Origin: Paraglomus brasilianum | Lineage: Eukaryota | Direction: 5' to 3' | Assembly (NCBI GenBank): GCA_910592345.1 | Contig: CAJVPI010000003.1 | Location: 1 to 64,000 of the forward strand | Length of the DNA stretch: 64,000 bases | Part shown: piece after piece, positions 40,887-51,989 of the stretch | Layout: the number at the start of each line of letters is the position of its first letter | Position numbering within the stretch: position 1 is the first letter of the stretch | Program-made: the position numbers and the translations under genes | The notes under the pieces: model-generated | Database searches by the model: none | What the model was told of the DNA's origin: nothing | What the model saw: the letters and a program-made list of their open reading frames with translations, nothing else

Positions 40887-43800
40887 TCACAACCATTCCT
40901 TAAAGAATTTGACAAACAACACCTTGACAAAACTGGTGAGTGAACAATAGGAAATAATTACTCCCAAGAAGTACACAAAGTAAAACCCGGGTAACGGAAC
41001 CATTCCCAAGACTCGATTCAATGGTGTGAACGGAATTATAATGCCACTGCAGATAACAGCAAAGGTAGTCAAGCATACTGATAAGGAGGCGGTTGATTGG
41101 ATAAAGGGAATCTTTGAAGTACGAATTATATGGACGATCATTGTTTGCGTGAGCAACCCTTCAACAAACCAAGCCGTATCTGCATAGTAATAGAAACATT
41201 ATGATTTAAACTACGTTCTCCGAGTAAACAAATAAAGAGATAATAAACAAGTTTACTTACGAAATAATTGGACTTTATAATGATCATCTGGATTATTGCA
41301 TTGGTAGTAGTAAAACATAAAAACAAACGTAGTAATGTCAAAAATACTACTACATGGCCCAACGAAAACCATGAATTTAGCGATGCTTTTTGCAGACCAT
41401 CGTCTCGGAGAAATTAAATATTCAGGATCCTGCAATGAATTTTATAAGTTAAACTGACAATTTTCAAAAAAAAAAAAAAGTTATTAGATGAACCTACCAT
41501 CTTATCCCACGGAATTGAAGTCTGAGAAAAGTCATACAAAAGATTCTGCAATATGAGTTGAAGTGGATCCATCGGCAAGAAAGGAAGCCATATAGAGGCG
41601 ATCAAAACGCTAAACACGTTTCCAAAGTTTGAAGAAATAACCATTTTGATATATTTGATTGTATTGCCATAAGTGATTCTTCCACGGACTATACCATCAG
41701 CAAGTACCATCAGGCTCTTTTCAAGCAAAATGATGTCTGCAGATTCCTTAGCAATATCGGTTCCCTCATCTACGCTAATACCACAATCGCTTTCACGAAT
41801 TGCTGGGGCATCATTGATTCCATCGCCTAAGAAACCAACGATGTGATTACGTCTTTTCAATGCACTTACGATGTTTGCCTTTTGAAGAGGAGTTAACTTT
41901 GCAAATATTGTGCCATTTTCAGCAATTTCTTCCAGCTGTGCATCGTCGAGTCCTTCAAGTTCAGTATTAGTGACAATGGATTTAATTGGAAGATTGATTT
42001 CCTCACAAACTTTGCGGCAAACAACAGGTGAGTCTCCGGTAAGTACTTTAACCTCCACGTTGTATTTAAGCAGTTCCTGAAGGGCAGGCTTAGCACTCGG
42101 TTTTGGTGGATCATAGAACACGCAAACACCAACTAAAGTCAACTTGCTCTCATCGGCGACGGTGAATGCGGAACATTCGTTCATACGCTTAAAGGCAACT
42201 GCTATGACTCGTAAACCTTCATTGTTAAGTCTTTCGTTCAAATTCTTTATGGATGTGAGAATTTTTGGCGTAATAGGAACAATATCCGTGGTTGGGAAAA
42301 TTGCATTTGACGGATCATTATCCTTTCCGATATAAATATTCGTGCAACAAGCCAACATTTCATCCACAGCTCCTTTGGAGATCAAAAAGCGCTGCTCATC
42401 CTGGTTGGATTCCAAGATGACAGACATTCGTCTTCTGACAAAATCAAACGGAATCTCGTCCACTTGGAAAAAATGTTGAGCGATATCGGTCTCAGTTTCA
42501 TTCTTAAAGAACTCAATAACAGCCTCATCCAAGAGATTTTTAAGACCAGTTTGAAAGTAACTGTTGAGATATCCTAGACACAAAGGAAGTTTACATACAT
42601 CGCCCAGATAATCAAGATATTTCATGAGTATAACCTTGTTACAAGTTAAGGTGCCTAATAAAATTTAAAAAAAAAATCCATTAAACACACAAAAAAAAAA
42701 AAAAAGAAAAGCCGGTTGCAATCAATTACCGTATATTCTCGCGAATACACATAATACACATAATTAATAATATGAAATGATCGGCAAACCGTAACCAGAA
42801 TTGTATTGAAAATTTTATAATCACGTGTCATTATGTAATACATTGGGTATGTTATGTTGCCAATAGTGGTAATCATATTCACGAGAATATACGGTAATAT
42901 ACAAGATCCAACTTTCCTGTTTTATCTGTACACAAGACATCTACTCCACCAAGACTGATAACAGAATCAAGTTTCTTGACAATGCATTTTTTCTTTGATA
43001 AAGCGAAGGCACCACGTGCCGTATTTGCGCTTACGACCATTGGCTATATCGATAGAAAAGAGTTTATATAGATATTTGAGCATCATGCAGAAAATCAATA
43101 TTAAATATGATAATTCACCAGCATTTCAGGAGTGAGACCAACTGCAACAGCAGCAGCAAATAACAAGCCATCCTTCCACTCTTTTTTTAAAAAACCTTGA
43201 AGGAGTAACACCGGAGGTATTATTGAGAACATTATGACCAAAAACAAGTAACTGATACGGCGAATACCAATTTGAAACGCATTTGTTGGTCGTCGGTTAG
43301 AGAGCTTTTTGGCCATTATACCAAAGTAAGTATTAGGGCCTGTTTTGAGGACAATAGCCGTTGCAGTACCACTGACAACGGATGTTCCCATGAAACATAA
43401 ATCTGGCCGATCGAGCTCGAATTTGTCCAATTTGTCGTTTGTTGTTGCCTCGTCAGGAATAATAGGAAGCTGTTGTTGCAAAACTGTGAATTTTTCAACT
43501 GGGATGGATTCGCCAGTTAACGATGCCTGAGAAACAAAAAGATCCTTGGAGGAGATCAATTGCACATCGCCTGGAATTAGATCACCTGCACTGATCCTAA
43601 CCCAATCACCTGGCACAATGTCTTTTAATTGGATATCCATTTCAACCGTTTCACCCCGATCCATCTTCTCCACGTCTTCAAAATTCGGATCACTAAAGAC
43701 ATCAAATTATTATTATTAGTAATAATAAATAATATATTATTTGAAATTAGAGAACGTGATAATACCGAAGGTCAGGCGGTGAATAGAGACGGATAACGGT

Positions 43801-44288
43801 TGAACTGCTATTGACCATCTTCTTAAGTGCTTGTGCCGCAGCCTCACCCTTGTACTCTTGAATAAAGCGAATTCCAACGCTCAACAGAATCATGCTTAAC
43901 AATACTATTACCGTGCGGATGTCCTTTGTGGCAGCAGCAAAAATGGAGATGCCTCCCAAAAGGAAATTGAAGGGATGAAAAATTGTGTGATAAAGGATAG
44001 TGTACCTGTAATAACAAAAAAATTTAGAGATGGCATAAGGTAATTGAGCTTAGATCATGCCATGATTCGCTACAACCATTACCATTGTGTAGGTCGTTGT
44101 CCGGAGATGACATTCTCGCCATAGGTTTTTAGCCTCCTCTCAGCAATTTCCTGGGAGAGGGGACGGTTATTATCCAATACGATCGGAGGTTGCTGATGCT
44201 GCGACAAACTCCCTTTCTGAGTATTATCATCAGACACCGTGATGGTAAGGTCAGTCGATAATTCTTCCAACTTATTTCCAGAAGCCAT
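40887..44288 (-). CDS. Mg2+-transporting P-type ATPase (type IIIB, MgtA-like), multi-exon
   Basis: SQASLTGES, AVAVGLTPEM-LPMVV, LCTDKTG-TLT, DEIPFDFVRRRMSV, DPPKPSA, LTGD, FLGDGINDAP, NTIKYIKMVISSNFGNVFS, QNLLYDFSQ, IVHIIRTSKIPFIQS. The last four motifs are typical of MgtA/MgtB. Confidence 0.9.
42729..42894. mobile_element. 166-bp Tc1/mariner/pogo-type MITE inside an intron of the Mg-ATPase
   Basis: TIRs ccgtatattctcgcgaata and tattcacgagaatatacgg (1 mismatch), flanked by TA at 42727-42728 and 42895-42896. Confidence 0.85.
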
Positions 44289-44302
44289 TATGGTTCAAAC
44301 AT
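44288..44302 (-). promoter_or_regulatory. Candidate minimal uORF (MFEP-stop) overlapping the Mg-ATPase start as TAATG
   Basis: Minus strand reads ATG TTT GAA CCA TAA, and the last A of TAA is the A of the main ATG. Confidence 0.45.
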
Positions 44303-44397
44303 CAGTGGTTAAAAAATGACAATTAATCTCCTCTTTTTTTATCTGGATTGTTTTAAATAATCGAATCTTCGTGTAACAGACGGTGAGTCTTGGCAAT

Positions 44398-45200
44398 ATG
44401 TATGTACATTCTACAGAGAAACCTCTCCTTTAGTGTTAGCGGTTTATCCACGGTGATACCAAAATATTCCAAGAAACCTAGTACACGCCATCGGGATCAG
44501 ACAAATTAACAATGTGCATTTAGAGAAAATGGTCAGTTGTGTAACTCAACGACATTATTATTATGTAGTAATAACAAGAGATATCAAACTCCATATCTGA
44601 TATTAAATTTCCATATGGAAAGGGTTTTTTTTGCCGATCATTTACGATCATTTACAAAGGAAGAAAGCTGCAGCCTCTCAAAACAGACAGTTTAACACCT
44701 ATTTCATAAACTAATGGAGCTTTGTTTTATTTACGTTACGAAAAAAATAGGTTTAAAAAATTTCTGATAAGCGAACTAACGTTTATGTCAATAAAACGAA
44801 CGGACAGAGCCATTAGTTAGTAGATGGATCGAGCATATCTAGTTTCATGAGCATACCCGCTTCCCCTATATCGTACCCCCCACAATATGTACGTACATTC
44901 TACAGAGAAACTTCTCCTTTGGCGGTTGATCCATAAGGGTCCGGTTCATTTCATCGACAATCATTTCATCGACAATCATTTCACCGACAGTACGTTTCGC
45001 CGACATAAATTTCATCGAAAACCAATGATAAGTGCGATAAACAATGTGTCATGTGAAGTGACTGTCGGTGAAGTGTACTGTCGATGAGATGAAATAAATG
45101 CCTCCCATCCATAATTATACTAAAAATATTCCGAGAAACCTCTTAGTACACGCCATCGGGATGTGCATTTAAATGGTCAGTTGTGTAACTCAACGACATT
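44398..45200. repeat. Direct duplication of about 160 bp upstream of the Mg-ATPase
   Basis: 44398-44557 and 44887-45200 share gtacattctacagagaaac, aaaatattcc, tagtacacgccatcgggat and aatggtcagttgtgtaactcaacgacatt. The second copy is interrupted by an insertion. Confidence 0.85.
44937..45106. mobile_element. 170-bp non-autonomous DNA transposon with an 8-bp TSD (hAT- or Mutator-like)
   Basis: atccataa is duplicated at 44929-44936 and 45107-45114. Ends are GGG and CCC, with inverted subterminal catttcatcgaca and tgtcgatga/tgtcggtgaa motifs. Confidence 0.8.
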
Positions 45201-45449
45201 GTATAGTAATAATAATATCGATATGGACAAGTATATTTTATTATCGTTACATATCAAACGCACAACCCGATACAAGCAATAAATTGATACCATTCGTACA
45301 TACTGTATTGATGAGATGAAAAATTTATTTGATTGTATGTTCAACTATTCGAATACTAATACATGGTATCAAAAATTAAATTTTTGTAACTTTATAATTC
45401 TGCCTTCATGCAGAAGCGACTTGACTATCAGTATTCTCCTCCACTTAAT

Positions 45450-45890
45450 TCCGTTACTTGATTGTATCATAAGTGAGTTTATAATTCTTTGTATGATCAG
45501 TGGTGTCATCATAAGTGTCTTGAGTATAACTTCCTTCCACTTGATTGGATTCGACGAGTATTTCGGGATGGCGTACCATAAACGCCTCGCATTTTAATCC
45601 GAAAAATGCCTCGTACGGTGATTTCTTGTGTTTCTCATACAGCATAGCTGATATTAAAATCACCGGAATTGTCTGTGTTGCTGGATTGCCCACGCAGTGA
45701 ATTCAGTAATCCATGTTAGGCATCATAACATCTATTATTGAACAAAGAAGGGCTTTTAAAGAACGCCTTGTAATTGCATTCGGTTATTTACTAAACCAGA
45801 ATCTTACCACTAAGAATAAGGTCGGGCAACCGTTGTGAATTGTTTACGATTTTAAGCGCTTCATAGCCAATCATCAGCGCAGATATAATC
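45450..45890 (-). mobile_element. Degenerate retroviral-type integrase remnant (Ginger- or LTR-like)
   Basis: HKKSPYEAFFG resembles the integrase-core C-terminal SPYE motif. Upstream SGLVNNRNA recalls the QGLVERAN helix. Many stops. Confidence 0.45.
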
Positions 45891-46329
45891 AAATTGTTTC
45901 TCGATCAAAGTTTTCAAATAGTTTCTAATAATATATTACCACAAATGTTTATATCAAGATGTTATAATAAAATAAAAACGAATTCATATGCACATACCTC
46001 ATATCATTATTATCATCGACAACTAGAACCAACAGATTGCACTTATGTTTCGTTGATAGTAGTGAAATTATTAATAAAAATTGTATTATTATTATTATTA
46101 ACTGTAAGTTTGTGTAACTTTTGTACGATTCTTGTATAACCCTTCACGATTTAAACAATACAACACAATACAAAATTTCTGACCCTAATTATTAAGATGG
46201 ACAATATTTATTAAAATATTAATAGCATTTATTAATATTATTGAAATTTTCATGCTATTTACAATGAAACGCAGTCTTCGTTAGATATAGTAAACGAGTT
46301 TATGAAAAAAGAATTAAGCATATTGAATG

Positions 46330-46775
46330 AATTGACACGAATGACACTCAAGCAGATAGGAGATACTCAGTCACTTGATCAGGTAAAATACTTCACGTGT
46401 AAAATAATGCAAATAGTATCAAGTATGCATTGCATGTGTTAACCTGGTGATTGTTGTAACGACTGTATTTGTTTATTCAATAGCCAACCAAAGAACACTA
46501 ACACCCGAGAATATTTGGATAATTGGGATTACTCGGGAGCCATCTACTCGAGAATATTCTACTACGACGTACATGCAATATTGGACAATTAAAGAAGACG
46601 TTAAGTACATGCAATGTAGCGACTTTTACAAACTCAAACAGATCGGATCTGGTGGTTGTGGAACAGTTTATATAGAAAGTATTCAGAAGTAAGGCAAATG
46701 CAACAAACTGTTGTACTCAAACGGTTCAAGAGTTTTGATGAAACGCCGGAATTATTTATTTCCAAGGTAAGCAAT
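46330..46775 (+). pseudogene. TKL kinase pseudogene fragment, paralogous to 6120-7740
   Basis: IWIIGITREPSTREY, FYKLKQIGSGGCGTVY and VVLKRFKSFDETPELFISK followed by gtaagc. Nucleotide similarity to the reverse complement of about 6490-7045. Confidence 0.75.
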
Positions 46776-46789
46776 AATTATTAGTATTG

Positions 46790-46987
46790 ATTGTAGCAGA
46801 TTAAAACGAAGTCGAATTAAAACGAAATTTGGGGTCTTTTTGGATCCTCTTTTAATGCCTCTGAAACACGCATATTAACAAAAGTTACCCTAAACCCCAT
46901 CCCAAATCCCAAAAAAATTTTAAATTTTTATATTAAAATAGAGAAATTTTCATTTTAATCCGATTTTTCGTTTTAATCTGTCACAAT
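46790..46987. mobile_element. About 200-bp MITE
   Basis: Left end attgtagcagattaaaacgaa and right end ttcgttttaatctgtcacaat are imperfect inverted repeats. The interior recurs in reverse orientation at about 60800-60945. Confidence 0.7.
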
Positions 46988-47399
46988 AACGATAACTAGT
47001 ACGATTTACACACAAATACAAACCTGCGCCGATCAACAAGTCGATCAAAATAGGGGTTTCCGGGATTTAACAAAAGCATATATTAATATAGCAATTATCG
47101 ATACCATACATTATAAATGATTAGGTTTCGTTGAAATTTTCAAAAAATTAGAAATTGAATATTAATTTCGTCAGTTAGAGGTAATCGATGTTCACACTTT
47201 TGCACTTCTGTGTTCAGATAATCGCTAAACTTGTTTTATTGTTAACGCAGAAAATATTTCATACATATATTAAACAAGTATAATAATAAAATAATAATAA
47301 AATAATAATAAAATAATAACTTGATCTCCCTAAAATAGAAAAGAAAAAGACATTGCACGAAATATGCGAACCTTGCAAAAAGTATTTCTACTTAGACTT

Positions 47400-47981
47400 T
47401 TAGGGGCATGTAAAATCAGGCATAATTGGGGCAACTCCCAAAATTTTCTCATTTTGCCCGAGAACAAGTTCATTTATCACAACACAGCACAGCCCATTGA
47501 TGTCACCGATAGCAACGTCTGTGGTATTTCCTTGGAACGGCTTGGAGAACGCAGCAAAACCGTCCAGGTCAATTATGGCGGGGTCGCCGGGCTGAGCAGG
47601 GTCGAGCTGACATGAAGCCACGTGAACGTCATACCCAAGGTCATGAATAGGTGATATACCCACACCAATGATCTCCAGAAAGCCGTAAATCCGTAACTGT
47701 CCCGCCGTCTCTACGAAACTAATCGCCCCGTCGAATTCCGCAGTATCACCAGCAACGAATGTACACACGCTGATAGGTGCGCAAGGGGGGAGGGGCTCAC
47801 CTGCTGGTGGTGTTGGAGCTGGAGCTGGAGCTGTTGTTGTTGTTGCTTCTGTTGTTGTTGTTGCATCTGTTGATGTTGATGTTGTATCAGATGCCCTTTC
47901 TTGAAGAGGCGTGGCATAGACTTGACCAAAGAGCAAAATCAGATAAACACACAAAAGGACGCGGAGGAATAGGCTGTTCAT
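47400..47981 (-). CDS. Secreted protein (193 aa) with a Thr/Pro-rich stalk and a possible degenerate Cu/Zn-SOD-like domain
   Basis: ATG at 47981, signal peptide MNSLFLRVLLCVYLILLFGQVYA, T/P-rich linker, then a beta-rich domain GAISF..LRIYGFL..GYDVHV..INGLCCVVI..ILGVAPI. Intronless. Confidence 0.75.
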   Translation of the reverse strand: MNSLFLRVLLCVYLILLFGQVYATPLQERASDTTSTSTDATTTTEATTTTAPAPAPTPPAGEPLPPCAPISVCTFVAGDTAEFDGAISFVETAGQLRIYGFLEIIGVGISPIHDLGYDVHVASCQLDPAQPGDPAIIDLDGFAAFSKPFQGNTTDVAIGDINGLCCVVINELVLGQNEKILGVAPIMPDFTCP

Positions 47982-50900
47982 TTTTAGAATGCGTTTTGTG
48001 ATTGCTGTATTGGAGTTCGTTAGGTATTTCTTCTTGCTGTTTAATATATTCGTTTCCGTAAGTATGTACTCAGTTCGCACTGTTGAGCCATGGGGAAGTT
48101 AGCCCCTCCTTTTATATCTTTCGATTCCTATAGAGAATGTATTTTTTTTTATTGATGCGTTTGTTCTATACACAAACTCATCGGCACGGAAGTGTTTTCC
48201 GAAACTTGACTATGAGCCATTTACAAGTTTAAACCTTACACGAAAAAAAAAAAAAAAGATGGGGCCAGATGACCTGACTTATCGTAACAATAGTTTCTAC
48301 TTTTTTGACAAACTCATTCAGTCTTACATAGAAGCATCGTGTATGATATCTACGTTCAAACGCCGTAATAATCACAACAAAGAGGTTGTGCAAATGACTT
48401 GTATCGATCAATAGGTCATCTTTGTTAAATTCGGTTAACTGATTATTATGCAGAGAAAGGTTGTGCTAAACGCCACATTAAATTAAGAGTCTTTCTCTTG
48501 CAACACAGGGTTGCCAATATGATATCTCAGAAACGATTTTCAAATTGGCACAGCTTTGCTTTTGGTAAAGAATGATGTTATAATGTCTATAAAATTTGCT
48601 TTTTTACTAACAGCTCAAACAGATTCTTTAAAAGAATATATAGCAGGTCGCGATACGTGTTTAATGAATTGGTTTTCATATTGTGCTCAGATGATCATCA
48701 TGGTGACTTACATAATGTTTGAATGTGCTCTACTAGGAAACGTTCATTCGTAGATTATATGCATTAATGGTGTGACAAGATCTTTGATAATCCTTTCCCG
48801 CCGGATGAATATGAATACAGAATATGCGTTTGTTTACTGAAAAATTATCTGATCATATTATATGATAACAGTAGCCTAATGGCCAATCACATTGCTTTTT
48901 ACGAAAAGGCCAAGATTCTTTGGTTTCCCATAGGCGACTACGCAATCAAATTGCTAAAGATAGCTTTATTGAAACTAAAGAGAATTAATTTTTTGGACTG
49001 ATCAAACCGTTTCTCAACGATATCGGACAGTCATCTAGCCGCACAGGTACATAATCTTGATTTACAAGCATAATATTGACAGTAAAATGGCTCTAAACTT
49101 GCAAGTAGAATGGCAGTCACGTTGGATAAATCTAATATTTACAATGCAAGCAAGGTAAAATGTTTAATAATATTAGCCAATGCTTTGTTTTGACCGCATT
49201 CTATCTTGGAACAATTTTTTTATGGTAGACAGGATTCATTCAGCGACAAATTAGTGAATACTATTACTATTACTATATCTCATATCATTATCAACGATAA
49301 ATCGTAAATATATTACTGGCTTACCAATGTGCAATATCTTTTGCAACGGCGTTGATATACAATTTCCATTTGCAGTCTGATAAAGAAAATAGTTCTATGA
49401 TAACCGTAGCACTCTGTTTGTTATCGAAGTTTAAATTGTTGCGACTACTTGCATGACCCATGTTGCAAACTGTTGAAGTGAGGTATTTTATTATGCATAT
49501 TTCTCGTGTATTAGTATAGCAAACAGCTAAATTTTCTTTGAAATCTGCAATCTCTTTTGGAGCATACGATGACATACACAGAAGTAATTTCGAGGCAGCA
49601 AATTTAGTAGCTACCCTGGTGAGCATTTCAAAACAATCTCTCCGCTTTCCTATTTCTATACTGTTTTATTAGGGTTTATTAACATTATTAATAGCTTTGT
49701 ACTACTTGTATCGAATTAACAATTATTTCGATGCTGTAACAATAATAAAAGGTCCCTCGCGATAGTAACAATAATAAATATATCAATTCAGAATGCAGTG
49801 CCCAGGTACCCAGATTGTATGGGTACTTGCAATAATTATTGATTATTGTCGTCGATTGTAAATACAAATATGATGATGCCTCGGATCGGATAAGCTTTTG
49901 GTCAAACGCCACATAACGTAGAATGAGAGCAAATTTATTTATTGAATGAATGTTGACTTTCCGTTTCACAATTACAATTACAATTAATATTAAGTTTGTT
50001 TGTGGCACTATCATTAATGGCGATCTTACTTAAGTCATGGGACACTAAATGCAACCTTTTTTGGATAACTAGTACTTAACTTGGATGACGCCAGACTAGG
50101 GTGAAGATGTTAGGGGTCATACAACGGAAAAATGGCGGGTATTATCAAATAGTCTGATTAGTGGGAGAAAGCAAAGATTGACAGCTAGTCCGTTAACTCG
50201 AACAGACCATAAGAGATACAGGCTCATTATAAGTACACTTGCACAGGTAGTTTGACAGTAGTTAGTTAGCATAATGTCTGTCGTGGATTGTCAATACAAT
50301 TTTAAAAAAGCACTTGGCATTCGTTCCCTAAATATAGATCCAATGTTTCGACCTCTTGTTCCTGAAGTTGATAGATAAACACGTTTACAAGGTTTATGGA
50401 CTTTTGGAGACAGAAGGATGCAAAGCTTTAACCTAAAAGCAAGACTGTACTTGATATTTTCAAGTGACATATCGAATCATAAAATTAATAAGCTTGTAAT
50501 TCAGCATACAAGTTTACAGCCAACGTTTGAATCTGAAATTGGCAATTTAAAGTTGTGAGCGTAAAACTGCTGCAACATTTGTAAAAAGACGCTCGAGTAT
50601 AAATTAGAAAGCAAGATTTCTTCACTAACATTCTTCTAATTGAAAGAAGCCGAAAACGATTGCCAACTTTAAACGGCAACATATGTCAATGACTACGGAT
50701 ATCGCAGAAATACGTATATAATCACGACTCTAGAATAATTCTTCCCGTTTAGGAACATCTTCATCATGACCGCTGGCCACTATAATTAGATATCGGTTCT
50801 CGAGAGAGCATTTATTCAGAAGGGTCAATAGCCTCGCTTTGTCCGTTAAGACGTCTTGGTTTCATTGAGGTAATAATATTTTTATTTAATAGTTTATGGG

Positions 50901-51989
50901 TATTGTATAATTAACTACTGCTGACTGATTGGACTATGCGTTGGTTTTTTTACCAACATTATTAGGGTTCAGTACAATTAGGACACCAAACTATATATAT
51001 TAGCTGCACACTGTCCGTGACAAGCAATCCATCGACTTGAACGAATAATAACTGACTGGTAAGCATTTCTCATAGTACGTAGTGAAGTACATTGAACATC
51101 AATATCGGTACAAGTAACTCGGTGAAAGCACTATTAACAACTATCTGTGTTTTGCTTCAAAAAGAAATGCTTAAAGAAGTCTTTAAACAAGTTTCTTTGT
51201 AGGTAATCATTCAACCTCATCCGTGGTTTTTTTATTTCATAGTGCATTCGCGTCTGTTTCATCTTGAATACCAAATAATGCGCTTTTCGGAATGCTCAAT
51301 TGTTACCATCAACAATAAACTTTCTGTCGTATAATGCTCAGCTTTCGACTGTCTTTCTGCTAGTTTTATTGCAAGTTTCCTCGTATCTATCTTATCTTTC
51401 AATTTTATTTATTTCTTGCCGTGCTTTTGACCATGCGTTTATTATTAAACTTCGTATATTAATATTGTTATTTAGACTTTATCTTTCATCCCAATTAGAG
51501 CATCCAGAACATGGAAATTGGAACGTCAGAACGCTTGTGATACATTTCGTTAACTGTATTAAGCTTAATCTTGGCCAGATCGGGAGTAACGTTAATTATT
51601 TTTGTACAATAATGCAATAACTGTCGTGGTACAGATCACACCATCTCCTGCCAATAACTGTCATATTAATATAACATCTACTCCCCCCTCCCTCCTCGTG
51701 CGTTTTCACACTCACACACTTTGAACTTGAAGAACAACAACTCACAGCCACATTCAGTACTCAAACCTTCTTGTCAAGCTACAGACTAACATCCACACAA
51801 ATACGCTTGCTATTTGGGCTTATCAAAGAACAGAAAAAGAAAATCAGACTTGCCACTATACTATCCAGTTGCGTCGTTGACAATTCAACGTACTGATAAC
51901 TAAGCAGAAATTTTGCGAAACACACATCACAAACCACTGGGTCCTTCTCTCTATCACAACCAAACTGATTCTCAGGGATAAATACTCTC

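Noticed and set aside
50080..50480. Possible kinase C-terminal relic (IDPMFRP)
   Set aside because: A single short motif is insufficient support.
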